DNA of 46,437 nucleotides from a virus (Duplodnaviria; Heunggongvirae; Uroviricota; Caudoviricetes): IMG/VR virus record IMGVR_UViG_2925903241_000005, positions 1 to 46,437 of that record; one strand, 5' to 3'. Shown piece by piece: positions 25,776 to 35,252 of this stretch (position 1 is its first letter; each line of letters starts with the position of its first letter). The notes under the pieces were generated by a model. It saw only the letters and a program-made list of their open reading frames with translations, ran no database searches and was not told where the DNA came from. The position numbers and the translations under genes were made by a program.

Positions 25776-26295
25776 TCAGCAACCCCGGTATCAGTTCATC
25801 CAGCGCGGCTGCTTTGTTCATGGCTTTGATGATATCCCGTTTCAGGAAATCAACATGTCGGTTTTCCAGTTCCGGAAAACGCCGCTGCACCGACAGGGGG
25901 ATCCCGTCGAGAATACTGGCAATTTCACCTGCGATCCGCGACAGCACGAAAGTACAGAATGCGGTTTCCACCACTTCAGCGGAGTCTCTGGCATTTTTCA
26001 GCTCCTGTGCGTCGGCCTGCGCACGCGTAAGTCGATGGCGTTCGTACTCAATAGTCCCTGGCTGGAGATCTGTCTCGCTGGCCTGCCGCAGTTCTTCAAC
26101 TTCCCGGCGCAGCTTTTCGTTCTCAATTTCAGCATCCCTTTCGGCATACCATTTTATGACGGCGGCAGAATCATAAAGCACCTCATTACCCTTCCCACCA
26201 CCCCGCAGAACGGGCATTCCCTGTTCCTGCCAGTTCTGAATGGTACGGATACTCGCACCGAAAATGTCAGCCAGCTGCTTTTTGTTGACTTCCAT
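25750..26295 (-). CDS. nu1: terminase small subunit Nu1
   Basis: MEVNKKQLADIFGASIRTIQNWQEQGMPV... matches lambda Nu1 (winged HTH). Confidence 0.9.
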
Positions 26296-26500
26296 TGTTC
26301 ATTCCACGGACAAAAACAGAGAAAGGAAACGACAGAGGCCAAAAAGCTCGCTTTCAGCACCTGTCGTTTCCTTTCTTTTCAGAGGGTATTTTAAATAAAA
26401 ACATTAAGTTATGACGAAGAAGAACGGAAACGCCTTAAACCGGAAAATTTTCATAAATAGCGAAAACCCGCGAGGTCGCCGCCCCGTAACCTGTCGGATC
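26296..26500 (-). other. cos site (cosB-cosN-cosQ); cosN 12-nt cohesive end GGGCGGCGACCT at about 26473..26484 (minus strand)
   Basis: Reverse complement of this segment reproduces the lambda left-end sequence GGGCGGCGACCTCGCGGGTTTTCGCTATTTATGAAAATTTTCCGG... and the right-end ...CGACAGGTTACG as recalled from memory. Confidence 0.85.
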
Positions 26501-26683
26501 GCCGGAAAGGACCCGCAAAATGATAATAATTATCATCTGCATGTCACAACGTGCATCTACGCCATCAAACCACGTCAAATAATCAATTATGACGCAGGTA
26601 TCATATTAATTGATCTGCATCAACTTAACGTAAAAACAACTTCAGACAATACAAATCAGCGACACTGAATACGGGACAACCTC

Positions 26684-26917
26684 ATGTCAACGAAGAACAG
26701 AACCCGCAGAACAACAATCCGCAACATCCGCTTTCCTAACCAAATGATTGAACAAATTAACATCGCTCTTGATCAAAAAGGGTCCGGGAATTTCTCAGCC
26801 TGGGTCATTGAAGCCTGCCGCCGGAGACTGTGCTCAGAAAAAAGAGTTTCTCCTGAAGCAAACAAAGAAAAGAGTGACATTACTGAATTGCTCAGAAAAC
26901 AGATCAGACCAGATTGA
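26684..26917 (+). CDS. YlcI/YnfO-like small protein (DUF3950-like)
   Basis: MSTKNRTRRTTIRNIRFPNQMIEQINIALDQKGSGNFSAWVIEACRRRL resembles small prophage proteins found next to cos in E. coli cryptic prophages (recalled). Confidence 0.45.
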   Translation: MSTKNRTRRTTIRNIRFPNQMIEQINIALDQKGSGNFSAWVIEACRRRLCSEKRVSPEANKEKSDITELLRKQIRPD

Positions 26918-26958
26918 AGCAATTTAGATAATCGTGCAGACTACGCCCCTCATATCAC

Positions 26959-27384
26959 ATGGAAGGTACTACAATGGCTCAGGTTGCCATTTTTAAACAA
27001 ATATTCGATAAAGTGCGAAATAATTTAAACTATCACTGGTTTTATTCTGAACTAAAACGTCACAATGTCTCACATTACATTTACTATTTAGCTACAGAGA
27101 ATATTCATCTTGTTCTTGAAAACGATAATACGGTTTTAATAAAAGGACAGGGTAAGGTTGTAAATGTAAGATTTTCAAAAAATAAATGCCTTATAGAAGC
27201 CACCTTAAAAGGATTCAAATCAGGAGAGTTATCATTTTACGAATACAGGAAAAATCTTGCTACTGCAGGGGTTTTCAGATGGATTACAAATATCCACGAA
27301 AACAAAAGGTATTACTATACCTTTGATAATTCATTACTCTTTACTGAGAACATTCAGAACACTACACAAATATTTCCGCACTAA
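26959..27384 (+). CDS. YbcV-like protein (DUF1398)
   Basis: ..[84 protein letters not shown] matches remembered YbcV-family sequence; start probably the internal Met near 26974. Confidence 0.55.
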   Translation: MEGTTMAQVAIFKQIFDKVRNNLNYHWFYSELKRHNVSHYIYYLATENIHLVLENDNTVLIKGQGKVVNVRFSKNKCLIEATLKGFKSGELSFYEYRKNLATAGVFRWITNIHENKRYYYTFDNSLLFTENIQNTTQIFPH

Positions 27385-27670
27385 ATCATAACGTCCGGTT
27401 TCTTCCGTGCCAGAACCGGACTCGCTGGCATGATGAAATATGTGTACCCGGTAACCCCGGTGTGCATCGTTTTTGATTATTCCCACACACTCGCGCAGAA
27501 GGAGTTCCCCGTCGGGCTACGGTCTCTGTTAATACGGGAATACGGCGACGATACAGCGCATGATGTGTCAGGCTTGAATACCTTTATCCTTTAAAAGGGA
27601 TATCAGTTAAGTTATCCCGTGTAGGGTATAAGCCATTATCAAGCCCACCCGTAGATAGGCTTTGTAATGG

Positions 27671-27928
27671 CTACTTCGCTTTTGCTTCTGCTCGCTTACG
27701 CCGGCGCTCTTCTTTCCTCTCGGCTTTTGCCATGTCCATGAATGCCTGCATGATCGAGTTCCGCATCATGTAGCTAACAAAGTGATGATTGACACAGCCG
27801 TTGAGGCGCAGCTGCTCGCCAAACTCATCCACCGAGGACAATGCTTCCATCATGCCCTTCTCACCTTTCATGAACTCTGAGAAGTCACGCCCCGCTCTGG
27901 AGGCGCATTCAATGACACGATCACTCAT
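27671..27928 (-). CDS. hypothetical protein (late transcript, after Rz)
   Basis: 85-aa ORF with 4-nt overlap to the upstream ORF; basic C-terminal tail; no family recognised. Confidence 0.3.
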   Translation of the reverse strand: MSDRVIECASRAGRDFSEFMKGEKGMMEALSSVDEFGEQLRLNGCVNHHFVSYMMRNSIMQAFMDMAKAERKEERRRKRAEAKAK

Positions 27929-28248
27929 CCCGGAAGCCCGGGGATCGTAATCTGCAGCTGGTTAGCCAGGGAGTTAATCTCAGCGACCAACACTGGCTTC
28001 GTATAGCGCCATGCCGCCAGCCCTTGTCCGCAGAAGCTCGCCATATCTTTTTTCTGATCAAACTCATGACACTTCATATTGAGCTGTGCACTTAAGCTGT
28101 TGCGATGCTGAAGTTCTCCGGTGAAGTAGTCATCCAGGACTTTATAGGCTGCATATTTAAATCCGGGGTTTAGCCATGCTGCATAATCATAAGCAACAAA
28201 CTTCCCGCCATATGTTCCACCGTGTACACCGCGCTCAGTAAAAACCAC
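27925..28248 (-). CDS. hypothetical protein, weak KilA-N-like motif
   Basis: 107-aa ORF 22 bp downstream of Rz; motif GGTYGGKFVAYDYAAWLNPGFKYAAYKV loosely resembles the KilA-N core. Confidence 0.3.
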   Translation of the reverse strand: MVFTERGVHGGTYGGKFVAYDYAAWLNPGFKYAAYKVLDDYFTGELQHRNSLSAQLNMKCHEFDQKKDMASFCGQGLAAWRYTKPVLVAEINSLANQLQITIPGLPG

Positions 28249-28269
28249 AGATTCGTGTTTTTTCTCCAG

Positions 28270-28749
28270 CTACTTAATGCGCTGGGTGCGGATATATTCC
28301 TGCGCCCCTTCCAGTTGCTTCTGCATCGTCATCAACCGTTCTCTGAGGGTGAAATAATCCCGTTCAGCGGTGTCTGCCAGTCGGGGGCTGGTTGCATTAT
28401 CCATGCTGGTGGGTCCGGTGGCTTCACGCACGGCTGCGGAGCAACTGGCATTGACCCGCAGGCGCTTACGACCAGCGGCAACATCAGCGCGCAGAGTTTC
28501 ATTTTCAGTTTTCGCATCGGCTAACTCCTTCGTGTATTTTGCATCGATCGCAGCAACATCACGCTGACGCTGCTGCATGTCAGCGATGGTGGCGGTCGCC
28601 TGCTTCAGCTCACTGACTTTTTTATCACGCTGTTCTTTGTAGGCGATGGCGTTATCACGGTAATGATTGACCGCCCACGACAGGCAGACGATGATGCAGA
28701 TAACCAGAGCGGAGATAATCGCGGTTACTCTGCTCATTGTTGCCCCCAC
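28270..28749 (-). CDS. Rz: i-spanin Rz
   Basis: [31 protein letters not shown]... matches lambda Rz (N-terminal TM, coiled coil); true start probably the internal Met near 28737. Confidence 0.85.
   Translation of the reverse strand: MGATMSRVTAIISALVICIIVCLSWAVNHYRDNAIAYKEQRDKKVSELKQATATIADMQQRQRDVAAIDAKYTKELADAKTENETLRADVAAGRKRLRVNASCSAAVREATGPTSMDNATSPRLADTAERDYFTLRERLMTMQKQLEGAQEYIRTQRIK
28332..28517 (-). CDS. Rz1: o-spanin Rz1 (lipoprotein, embedded in +1 frame of Rz)
   Basis: [22 protein letters not shown] lipobox followed by proline-rich sequence, as lambda Rz1; fully embedded in Rz. Confidence 0.75.
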   Translation of the reverse strand: MRKLKMKLCALMLPLVVSACGSMPVAPQPCVKPPDPPAWIMQPAPDWQTPLNGIISPSENG

Positions 28750-29231
28750 AAACAGACTTCACGCTCAATCTCACGACGAGTCATCAGGCCTTTCCATTGC
28801 TTACCGCCAGCGTATGTCCAGCGACGTAGCTGGTCACATGCGCCTTTGATATCGCCCTGGTTTATTTTGCGAAGAAGCGTCGATGTTCTGAAATTGCCAG
28901 CACCCACGTTGTAGACGAACGAGTAAAGAGCGCCGCGCGTTGTTTCCGGTATATCGACTTTGATGTACGGGTTAATTTGTCTGGCGACCGTGGCAAGGTC
29001 TTTATTCAGGAGGGCTTTGCATTCTGCTTCGGTATACGTTTTACCTAGCATGATGTCTTTTCCGGTGTGTCCGTGACATACAGTCCATACGCCAACGATA
29101 TCTTTGTATGGTATGTAGCTGACACCTTCCAGGCCATCGTCACCACTCGGACCAGTGATGAGCACAGACGCTATGGCAACAGCCCCACCACCAATAGCAG
29201 CAGCAACAGCCTTGCGTAATGATGGCGACAT
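28734..29231 (-). CDS. R: SAR endolysin (T4-lysozyme-like glycoside hydrolase with N-terminal signal-anchor-release domain)
   Basis: Gly/Ala-rich N-terminal TM segment ([16 protein letters not shown]) plus lysozyme core, as P21 R / RrrD-type endolysins. Confidence 0.85.
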   Translation of the reverse strand: MSPSLRKAVAAAIGGGAVAIASVLITGPSGDDGLEGVSYIPYKDIVGVWTVCHGHTGKDIMLGKTYTEAECKALLNKDLATVARQINPYIKVDIPETTRGALYSFVYNVGAGNFRTSTLLRKINQGDIKGACDQLRRWTYAGGKQWKGLMTRREIEREVCLWGQQ

Positions 29232-29509
29232 TATTCACCTCTCGCAGCCTTACGCTTATCTTCTTTAATCTTGAAATAAAGGTTTGTCAGATACGTCAGC
29301 AAGCCAAATACCAGACTACCCAGCACACCTAATGCCGCCCACTGTGAGGGCGTGACTTTATCGAGCAACTGTAAAAACCAGTACCCGGCACTACCTGCTG
29401 AGGTGCCATAGGCGACACCCGTTGTTAACTTATCCATGGATTTCATAACCCCACCTCGCAGATGCGGGTGCTGTGTAATGGAAATAAAAAGGCCACCTGA
29501 CGTGGCCAC
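29231..29509 (-). CDS. S: class II holin / pinholin (S21-like), dual-start motif
   Basis: [71 protein letters not shown] matches pinholin S21; functional start probably the internal MKSM (about 29446). Confidence 0.8.
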   Translation of the reverse strand: MATSGGLFISITQHPHLRGGVMKSMDKLTTGVAYGTSAGSAGYWFLQLLDKVTPSQWAALGVLGSLVFGLLTYLTNLYFKIKEDKRKAARGE

Positions 29510-29513
29510 CAGA

Positions 29514-29888
29514 TTATTTCCCCACCAGCTCGTTTATCTCTTTCACTGTCTGGTTAAACCGCTCTGACTCAAGCTCAACACCTAAGGCCCGACGCCCCAA
29601 CGCCATTGCTGCTTTTATTGTGGAACCGGAGCCCATAAAAAAATCAGCAACCAGATCACCAGGTCGACTACTGGCATTGATTATTTGCCTGAGCATATCC
29701 GCCGGTTTCTCACACGGATGTTTACCCGGGTAGAACTGAACGGGTTTATGCATCCAGACATCGGTATAAGGCACGGAGACTGATACGGAGAAATAGCGCC
29801 GGAGAGATTTAAACTCATCCAGCAATTCAGAAGATTTGCAATTCAGTGAATCATGAGATACCACCAACTGGTGGTAGGATTGTCTCAA
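29514..29888 (-). pseudogene. 5'-truncated beta-class DNA methyltransferase (only the C-terminal FxGSGS AdoMet-binding part retained)
   Basis: ...DLVADFFMGSGSTIKAAMALGRRALGVELESERF is the C-terminal motif I region of beta-class N6A/N4C methyltransferases. No DPPY/NPPY catalytic motif precedes it; the ORF track start is a non-ATG codon and upstream DNA is AT-rich non-coding. Confidence 0.5.
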
Positions 29889-30145
29889 CTAGTGAGCTTT
29901 ATACATTTAAGTGCGATGCACAGATAATAACCACGCCAATGGAATATCACACACAAAATTGATAGAACACTAACAATAAGCCATGAAATAATTCACGATT
30001 TATTTTTACAATGGATAAGTAGCAAAGTAGTGAATGTGAATAACGGCTAACTAAGATGAAACAAAAAGCCCCACAATCTGTGGGGCTCCTTCGCGACTTA
30101 TAGTAAAATAATCGATTCTCTAGCTGAAAAAATCTTTAAAAATTA

Positions 30146-30379
30146 TCAGCAATACGCAAGTTTTTTACCGTCATCCGGTACTAGTTTGATCACTACACCA
30201 GGATTCTTACGCTCTAACATCTGAGTTTGACTCCATGTAATACCAAAGGTTTCCATTGGAGATGCATTGCCAGCAAAGAGTTCGGCGACGACTTTAGCTG
30301 CCTCAATCTCTATCTGCTCATGATGTTTCATAAAAATCCCCTTGTTCAGCACTAAGCTGTAGTTGCTTCTTTGAAGCAT
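30146..30379 (-). CDS. small hypothetical protein (cargo island)
   Basis: 77-aa ORF (probably about 61 aa from internal MKHHEQIEIEAAKVV...) directly downstream of the GNAT-like gene on the same strand. Confidence 0.3.
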   Translation of the reverse strand: MLQRSNYSLVLNKGIFMKHHEQIEIEAAKVVAELFAGNASPMETFGITWSQTQMLERKNPGVVIKLVPDDGKKLAYC

Positions 30380-30522
30380 AAAGGCAACAAAGTTTGTTAC
30401 CTGAAGATGTATAAAGTAAAGCGTAGTACATTTTGTGTGTGCTTTGTGTGGATCCAGATTGCATCAACTAAAAGAGGTTTTCAATACTTTTGTAATGATT
30501 CTGGAGAAATTAAGAATCTAAC

Positions 30523-31065
30523 TCACACTGATTGGTTAGGTAAAACACTCCTAAGCACCATTGCGCAACCACCTCGTTCGTAATCAGCAATGTACTCAAA
30601 ACCACTTTCAGTATAGTATCTTATTGCCCCATCAACTGGACTAACTAAAGCTATCGAATCAATAGATTCACCCTGAAGGTTCAGAAATCGTGCATATGCA
30701 GAGAAGCAATCCAAAACGATACCAAGCATCTGATGGTCTAGGTCTTCATGTGCATCATTACGTTTTTCCATCCAGCAAATATGCACCGCATTTTTCGGCT
30801 TACAGTAACACCCAAATGCAAATCCAATAGGCTCCCCACGATAATAAACAACTAGTTTTATCGGGTGTTCTTCCATCATATCCATAAACACTCGCGACTT
30901 TAGTCCGGGATCCCACCGCAGTTTATTGTTCGCCTTGAGGAACTCCATATCTTTTAGTACCAGCTCGTCGGCATATACGAGCCCTAACGACTTATGAGGG
31001 AAGCGCCCTTTTAAATACTCTGCAACATTTTTAAATACTGCTGTTTGGAAGGCTTGAAACATCAT
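30523..31065 (-). CDS. GNAT-fold acyl/acetyltransferase-like protein (cargo)
   Basis: 180-aa ORF with ...IKLVVYYRGEPIGFAFGCY... and a C-terminal ..AIRYYTESGFEYI.. motif resembling GNAT motifs; AT-rich context; first gene after the tR'-like terminator. Confidence 0.4.
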   Translation of the reverse strand: MMFQAFQTAVFKNVAEYLKGRFPHKSLGLVYADELVLKDMEFLKANNKLRWDPGLKSRVFMDMMEEHPIKLVVYYRGEPIGFAFGCYCKPKNAVHICWMEKRNDAHEDLDHQMLGIVLDCFSAYARFLNLQGESIDSIALVSPVDGAIRYYTESGFEYIADYERGGCAMVLRSVLPNQSV

Positions 31066-31142
31066 GTCGATCCAGACGAGACGAAAGTTTAAATTCTACC
31101 TACTCGCCGAATACCATTTCAATGCCACACATCTAAAATTCC

Positions 31143-31175
31143 GAAAAAAAACCCGCACATCAGCGGGTTTTCTAC
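31143..31175 (-). terminator. tR'-like rho-independent terminator downstream of Q
   Basis: Minus-strand hairpin CCCGC-TGATGT-GCGGG followed by TTTTTTT, about 100 nt after the Q stop. Confidence 0.5.
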
Positions 31176-31204
31176 TTTTTATTAAAGCCGGACACACAAT
31201 GCCC

Positions 31205-31240
31205 ATCATTGAGAAAACATTATCCATTTTTTTTGAAAAA
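31205..31240 (-). promoter_or_regulatory. candidate late promoter pR' (and qut region)
   Basis: Minus-strand TTGCAT, about 15 nt, GATAAT between Q stop and the terminator. Spacing is short, so weak. Confidence 0.3.
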
Positions 31241-31276
31241 TGCAAGCATCATGTCGCCATTTTCGTCGAAAATCAT

Positions 31277-32029
31277 TCATCTCGTCACTTTCCTCAATTG
31301 TGTCTCAGCATACGCTTCTTCCTGCCAGCACTTTGTAACCAGTTTATCAATGACATTTGCATATCCTTTGTACCACTGATAATCAGTCAGGTCCGGTACC
31401 AGCTTCTGGACATGATGCCGCGCCAGTGTTGTTGGTAAACGACTAAACCGTTTTCCATTGCAACGCCCACAAATCTTATAAACAGGTGTGCCATGAAGCC
31501 GGGTCCTTTTTTCATCCAGGACAATACCTTTACCCTTACACCCTCTGCACGCTGTGCTGACTTCTCCCTTACCATGACAATGCTGACATAGTTCCTTCAC
31601 CCACTCTTCCTTGATAACAGATTCCCCGCTTCTGGAGTGCTTCACCACTTCGCGCAATACATTATGAAATCCAGTACCAGCACAATGCTCACAGCGAGCC
31701 TTACTTGCCGCAGACCTGGAATAATCAGCAAAGGCAAAATTCACAAGGTAAGGGATGATCTGTAACCGGATTTCTTCACTCAATTTGTTCAATGTCGGGT
31801 TATCCAGTGCCATCGCGTAATTGAGCAGACCTTCAATCGCAAACTGAGGATCCTGAACGCCAACTTTTGCCAGGAATAAGGCAAACCCAAGCGGTGCTTT
31901 CGACTGCACCATCCCCTGTGCAGCCATCACATCCGTAATCGTTAAACCACCTGAGCCTGTCGCCGGTGCGTCATCACTCAATTTTGGAGATTTTGGGGAG
32001 TAATATTTTGGTAAGGCTTCAAGGTTCAT
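31277..32029 (-). CDS. Q: late-gene antitermination protein Q (QuuQ-like, 250 aa, Cys-rich)
   Basis: Position immediately upstream of pR'/tR'-like leader and lysis genes; several CxxC motifs; size matches QuuQ-type Q proteins (recalled). Confidence 0.7.
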   Translation of the reverse strand: MNLEALPKYYSPKSPKLSDDAPATGSGGLTITDVMAAQGMVQSKAPLGFALFLAKVGVQDPQFAIEGLLNYAMALDNPTLNKLSEEIRLQIIPYLVNFAFADYSRSAASKARCEHCAGTGFHNVLREVVKHSRSGESVIKEEWVKELCQHCHGKGEVSTACRGCKGKGIVLDEKRTRLHGTPVYKICGRCNGKRFSRLPTTLARHHVQKLVPDLTDYQWYKGYANVIDKLVTKCWQEEAYAETQLRKVTR

Positions 32030-32042
32030 GCTCGTTCTCCAC

Positions 32043-33038
32043 TTACGCCAGTACGCCTATTGCCAGCGCACGATCGATAAAACGAAATATCAGCTCCAGC
32101 TGGGAGCCATACTTCTCTTCAAATGCCACGGTATCCGCATGCAGCTCGTCGTGATGCTTTCTGCACAAAGGCAACACAAAGAGGTCATGCGCTTTTGTAC
32201 CCATTCCACCCTGACCGTGACCTATCAGGTGGTGGGGATCATCAGCTGGCTTTCCACAACATGCGCACGGCTGCGTCTTAACCCAGCGCGTGTACTTTTC
32301 ATTAACCCAGCGGCGACGTTTGGGGCGTAACATAAAAGACTCCGGCGACTCCGGATCCACTTTCAGCACCAGCACCTTTTTCGCTTTATCCTGGATGATG
32401 CTGGTGGCAGGAACCGAAGGCACAAGGTCACTTTCCCGGGTGACAGATGGCACAACAGGCTTCGGTAATCTCAGTGCCTTACGGGCTGCACTTTCCGGTA
32501 AGGCATCCGCCAGATCATTACGAATCAACCACCAGCACAGTTCCGGCATTGTCACAACGTGACTGTCATCAAAACCGAGATCCCGACGCACAACAGACAA
32601 CACCCAGCGGGCACAGTTATCCGTTGCCATTGATTCCAGCCGTTCCGTGAACTGATCGCGCAGCTGGTTATCGCAGTGCCAGCACAGACGGATTGCGCCC
32701 GGAGCGTGTCGCATTGTGGTCATGTTCTCGCTGTGCCAGTCGGAATGAGGCCACTGGCAGCCTTTTTCACGAAGTAACCAGCTTTCAAGACATTCCACGC
32801 CACCAGCACGACGGATCACTGCCTCATTGCGGAACACGGCCCGAACGGCAGGATCATCCGCCAGCGGTTGTGATGCCGCCGGAACGGCACCACTGGCGAA
32901 AGATGAGTAACGTTCCGGCTCAGGCTCCAGCAGGACACGCCCCTGCATAAACAGGGGCATCAGCTCTGAACCTGGCCTGAACAATACGATCCCCATACGC
33001 GGGGCAATTTCAGGGGTCAGTAGTGCTCTCACGGTCAC
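32043..33038 (-). CDS. DUF968-family protein (YdfU-like)
   Basis: C-terminal ..CACCGKPADDPHHLIGHGQGGMGTKAHDLFVLPLCRKHHDELH.. motif typical of DUF968 prophage proteins; nin-region position. Confidence 0.55.
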   Translation of the reverse strand: MTVRALLTPEIAPRMGIVLFRPGSELMPLFMQGRVLLEPEPERYSSFASGAVPAASQPLADDPAVRAVFRNEAVIRRAGGVECLESWLLREKGCQWPHSDWHSENMTTMRHAPGAIRLCWHCDNQLRDQFTERLESMATDNCARWVLSVVRRDLGFDDSHVVTMPELCWWLIRNDLADALPESAARKALRLPKPVVPSVTRESDLVPSVPATSIIQDKAKKVLVLKVDPESPESFMLRPKRRRWVNEKYTRWVKTQPCACCGKPADDPHHLIGHGQGGMGTKAHDLFVLPLCRKHHDELHADTVAFEEKYGSQLELIFRFIDRALAIGVLA

Positions 33039-33039
33039 C

Positions 33040-33837
33040 TCAATGAACGGTATCGAGCAGCTTTAACAGCTCAGGGAATCGGGATTCGAAGAAATGCGGC
33101 TGCGTCTCGCGCGGATTTGCGGGACTGGTGATGTTCTTGCCGAACATGCAGCCTTTCGCTGTCAGCGACCAGAATTTTTTGATGTTGTTAATCGCGGTAC
33201 GGCTGTATCGTTCGCGCTGCTCGACGATCCCCAGCTTCACCATCTGGTGATATGCCTGATTAGCCGTCAGGCGGATACCATACTGTTTCAGCAGTGCACT
33301 CAGTGACAGTGTCGGGCGACTTGAGCCATCGTGTGCATCAGCAGGAGCATCAATGGCATAGCGCGGTGCCAGATTCGGTAAGCCAACAGCCTCCTGAAGT
33401 TTCTGACAGGCTCCAAGCACTGAAGAGTTAGACAGATTTAACTCCCGGCGCATAAAGTCCAGCAGAATCACGCCAGCCTGCATCTTGTCAGCAGCCTGTC
33501 CGGATAATTTTTCAGGTGCGCTGGTTACCATGTCGAAAGTACGGATCACCTTCAGATGGAATGACGGGCTGATCCACATTGCATAGGCATACACCAGTTC
33601 TTTGCAGACATACGTCCCCTGGTTATTTCCGCCACGACTAACGTTAACTGGCTCTATATTGACCGAGTTGCAAATCTGCAACTCGCTTATTAAACGTTCG
33701 GTTTGCTCATTGCGGAGCCAGAATGCAGGCTTATGCTTATCCTGAGAACCGGCAGCCCTGTGCAGATCGTTCAGGCTGTAACGCCCATAAGCATCACGAC
33801 GAACTTCAATACCATCAATGACCATCAGATTATTCAT
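33040..33837 (-). CDS. KilA-N domain protein
   Basis: N-terminal ..YSLNDLHRAAG..KPAFWLRNEQTERLISEL..GTYVCKELVYAYAMWISPSFHLKVI.. is a KilA-N signature. Confidence 0.6.
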   Translation of the reverse strand: MNNLMVIDGIEVRRDAYGRYSLNDLHRAAGSQDKHKPAFWLRNEQTERLISELQICNSVNIEPVNVSRGGNNQGTYVCKELVYAYAMWISPSFHLKVIRTFDMVTSAPEKLSGQAADKMQAGVILLDFMRRELNLSNSSVLGACQKLQEAVGLPNLAPRYAIDAPADAHDGSSRPTLSLSALLKQYGIRLTANQAYHQMVKLGIVEQRERYSRTAINNIKKFWSLTAKGCMFGKNITSPANPRETQPHFFESRFPELLKLLDTVH

Positions 33838-33856
33838 ACTTCGTTTCTCCTCTTAA

Positions 33857-34246
33857 TCAGGCGGCTGCACCCGCCGTTTTCTCGTACTTACTGATAGTGA
33901 TCTCGACCTTCCCTTCCGGGATAACCGGCCCCCACTCCACCAGCATTCTTTTCACCTGGCTGTCGTCTTCCCACACCCCCGCGTGGGTCAGGGCGTCAAA
34001 CAGCGCCTTGTTATAGTTGTCCAGATCGCGGATCCGGTTATCCGGAGGAAACAACACGATCTCCACTGAAGCAGGTGCCGACGTTGGTTTCGGCAGACGA
34101 CGTAACTGCTCAACTATTGCTGCGCACGCCGCGCTCTGGAATTTTCGCCCCGCCTCGCTTATCAGGCTTTTACCTACAAACGCCCCTTTGTTGGGGTGTC
34201 GCCAGTACGTGTTCACGCTGGGCGGAAAAGGCAGGATCAGCTTCAT
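33857..34246 (-). CDS. rusA: Holliday junction resolvase RusA
   Basis: ..PPSVNTYWRH..IRDLDNYNKALFDALTHAGVWEDDSQV.. matches RusA family motifs; nin region. Confidence 0.7.
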   Translation of the reverse strand: MKLILPFPPSVNTYWRHPNKGAFVGKSLISEAGRKFQSAACAAIVEQLRRLPKPTSAPASVEIVLFPPDNRIRDLDNYNKALFDALTHAGVWEDDSQVKRMLVEWGPVIPEGKVEITISKYEKTAGAAA

Positions 34247-34569
34247 ACTTTCAGGTCCCTCTCATGTAACCAGTGGGTTGCACGCAGCCTTGCGTTTTCC
34301 TCACCGGCAAGCAGTGCGCGGATAATCCCGACCGCCTCGCTGTCGTCGTCCTTCACCGCGGTATGAAGCGTTATCCCCCGGGCCACGCCACGCTTTATCG
34401 TGATGACGCCTTTTTTCTCCAGTGCGCGAAGATGCTCCACCGCTGCATTCACCGAACGGTATCCCAGCATGGTTGCCACCTCCTGATTGGTTGGCGGGAA
34501 GCCACGTTCTTTCTGATAAGAAATCAGCATATCCAGCACCTGCTGCTGGCATTGAGTTAACGTCGTCAT
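34243..34569 (-). CDS. LexA N-terminal DNA-binding-domain-like protein (no S24 peptidase domain)
   Basis: LTQCQQQVLDMLISYQKERGFPPTNQEVATMLGYRSVNAAVEHLRALEKKGVITIKRGVARGITL aligns by eye with the LexA winged-helix domain; protein is only 108 aa. Confidence 0.55.
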   Translation of the reverse strand: MTTLTQCQQQVLDMLISYQKERGFPPTNQEVATMLGYRSVNAAVEHLRALEKKGVITIKRGVARGITLHTAVKDDDSEAVGIIRALLAGEENARLRATHWLHERDLKV

Positions 34570-34637
34570 GCCGCCATCTCCCTGACCAGTTTTTCTGCCT
34601 GCTGGCGAACCTGCGCCAGAAACGCCTCACCACATGC

Positions 34638-35252
34638 CTAAAGTTCATCGCGCCCGATGTAGCTGATTGCCGGTCCCTTCCAGGTCTTGTCGAAAACAGC
34701 AATAGCACCAGCGAAGAAAGCGCCTGTCGGCACCTGCTTCTCATCCTTCGGGATAAACCAGGCAGGCAGTTCAAAACCAATACGCCCGCGAATAAAAGCA
34801 ATATGGTCCGCATCTTCCGGCCACCACACTTCGCTGGTGGCAGCTTTGATCAGGAAAACATAGCGCCCGCCCTTATCACGCATGGCACTGGCATGTTTCA
34901 TGATGTAACGCATGCCGGTGATGTATTGCCCCTCATGCTGACTGGCGCGGCTGTATGGGGGATTACCAAAGGCAGCACCTTTAAGCTCCGCAAGACGTTC
35001 TGACCAGTCATGCGCCAGCGCGTTATCTTCCGCCGTGTAATACGCGGCACATTTGGCGTTATCACCGTCAGTGAACAGATCCAGAACAAACGGGCCAAAC
35101 AGGGTGTTAATTCCCCAGAAAATGTTGTCCGGCGTGCGCCACTGATCGCCCACTTCCTTCAGTTCATGGGCTGGTTTGTTCCGCAGTTCCACCAGCGCCT
35201 GGCAATATTTATTACTCATTAAGCCCCCACGTAATTCCCTGACAGATACCAC
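34638..35252 (-). CDS. phage N6-adenine DNA methyltransferase (Dam-like, NPPY motif)
   Basis: ..AAFGNPPYS.. catalytic motif; start probably the internal Met (about 35219), overlapping the upstream stop. Confidence 0.75.
   Translation of the reverse strand: MVSVRELRGGLMSNKYCQALVELRNKPAHELKEVGDQWRTPDNIFWGINTLFGPFVLDLFTDGDNAKCAAYYTAEDNALAHDWSERLAELKGAAFGNPPYSRASQHEGQYITGMRYIMKHASAMRDKGGRYVFLIKAATSEVWWPEDADHIAFIRGRIGFELPAWFIPKDEKQVPTGAFFAGAIAVFDKTWKGPAISYIGRDEL

Noticed and set aside
26411-26668. 85-aa plus-strand ORF
   Set aside because: Overlaps the cos site and has no homology signal; the adjacent ylcI-like and ybcV-like ORFs explain the coding potential here.
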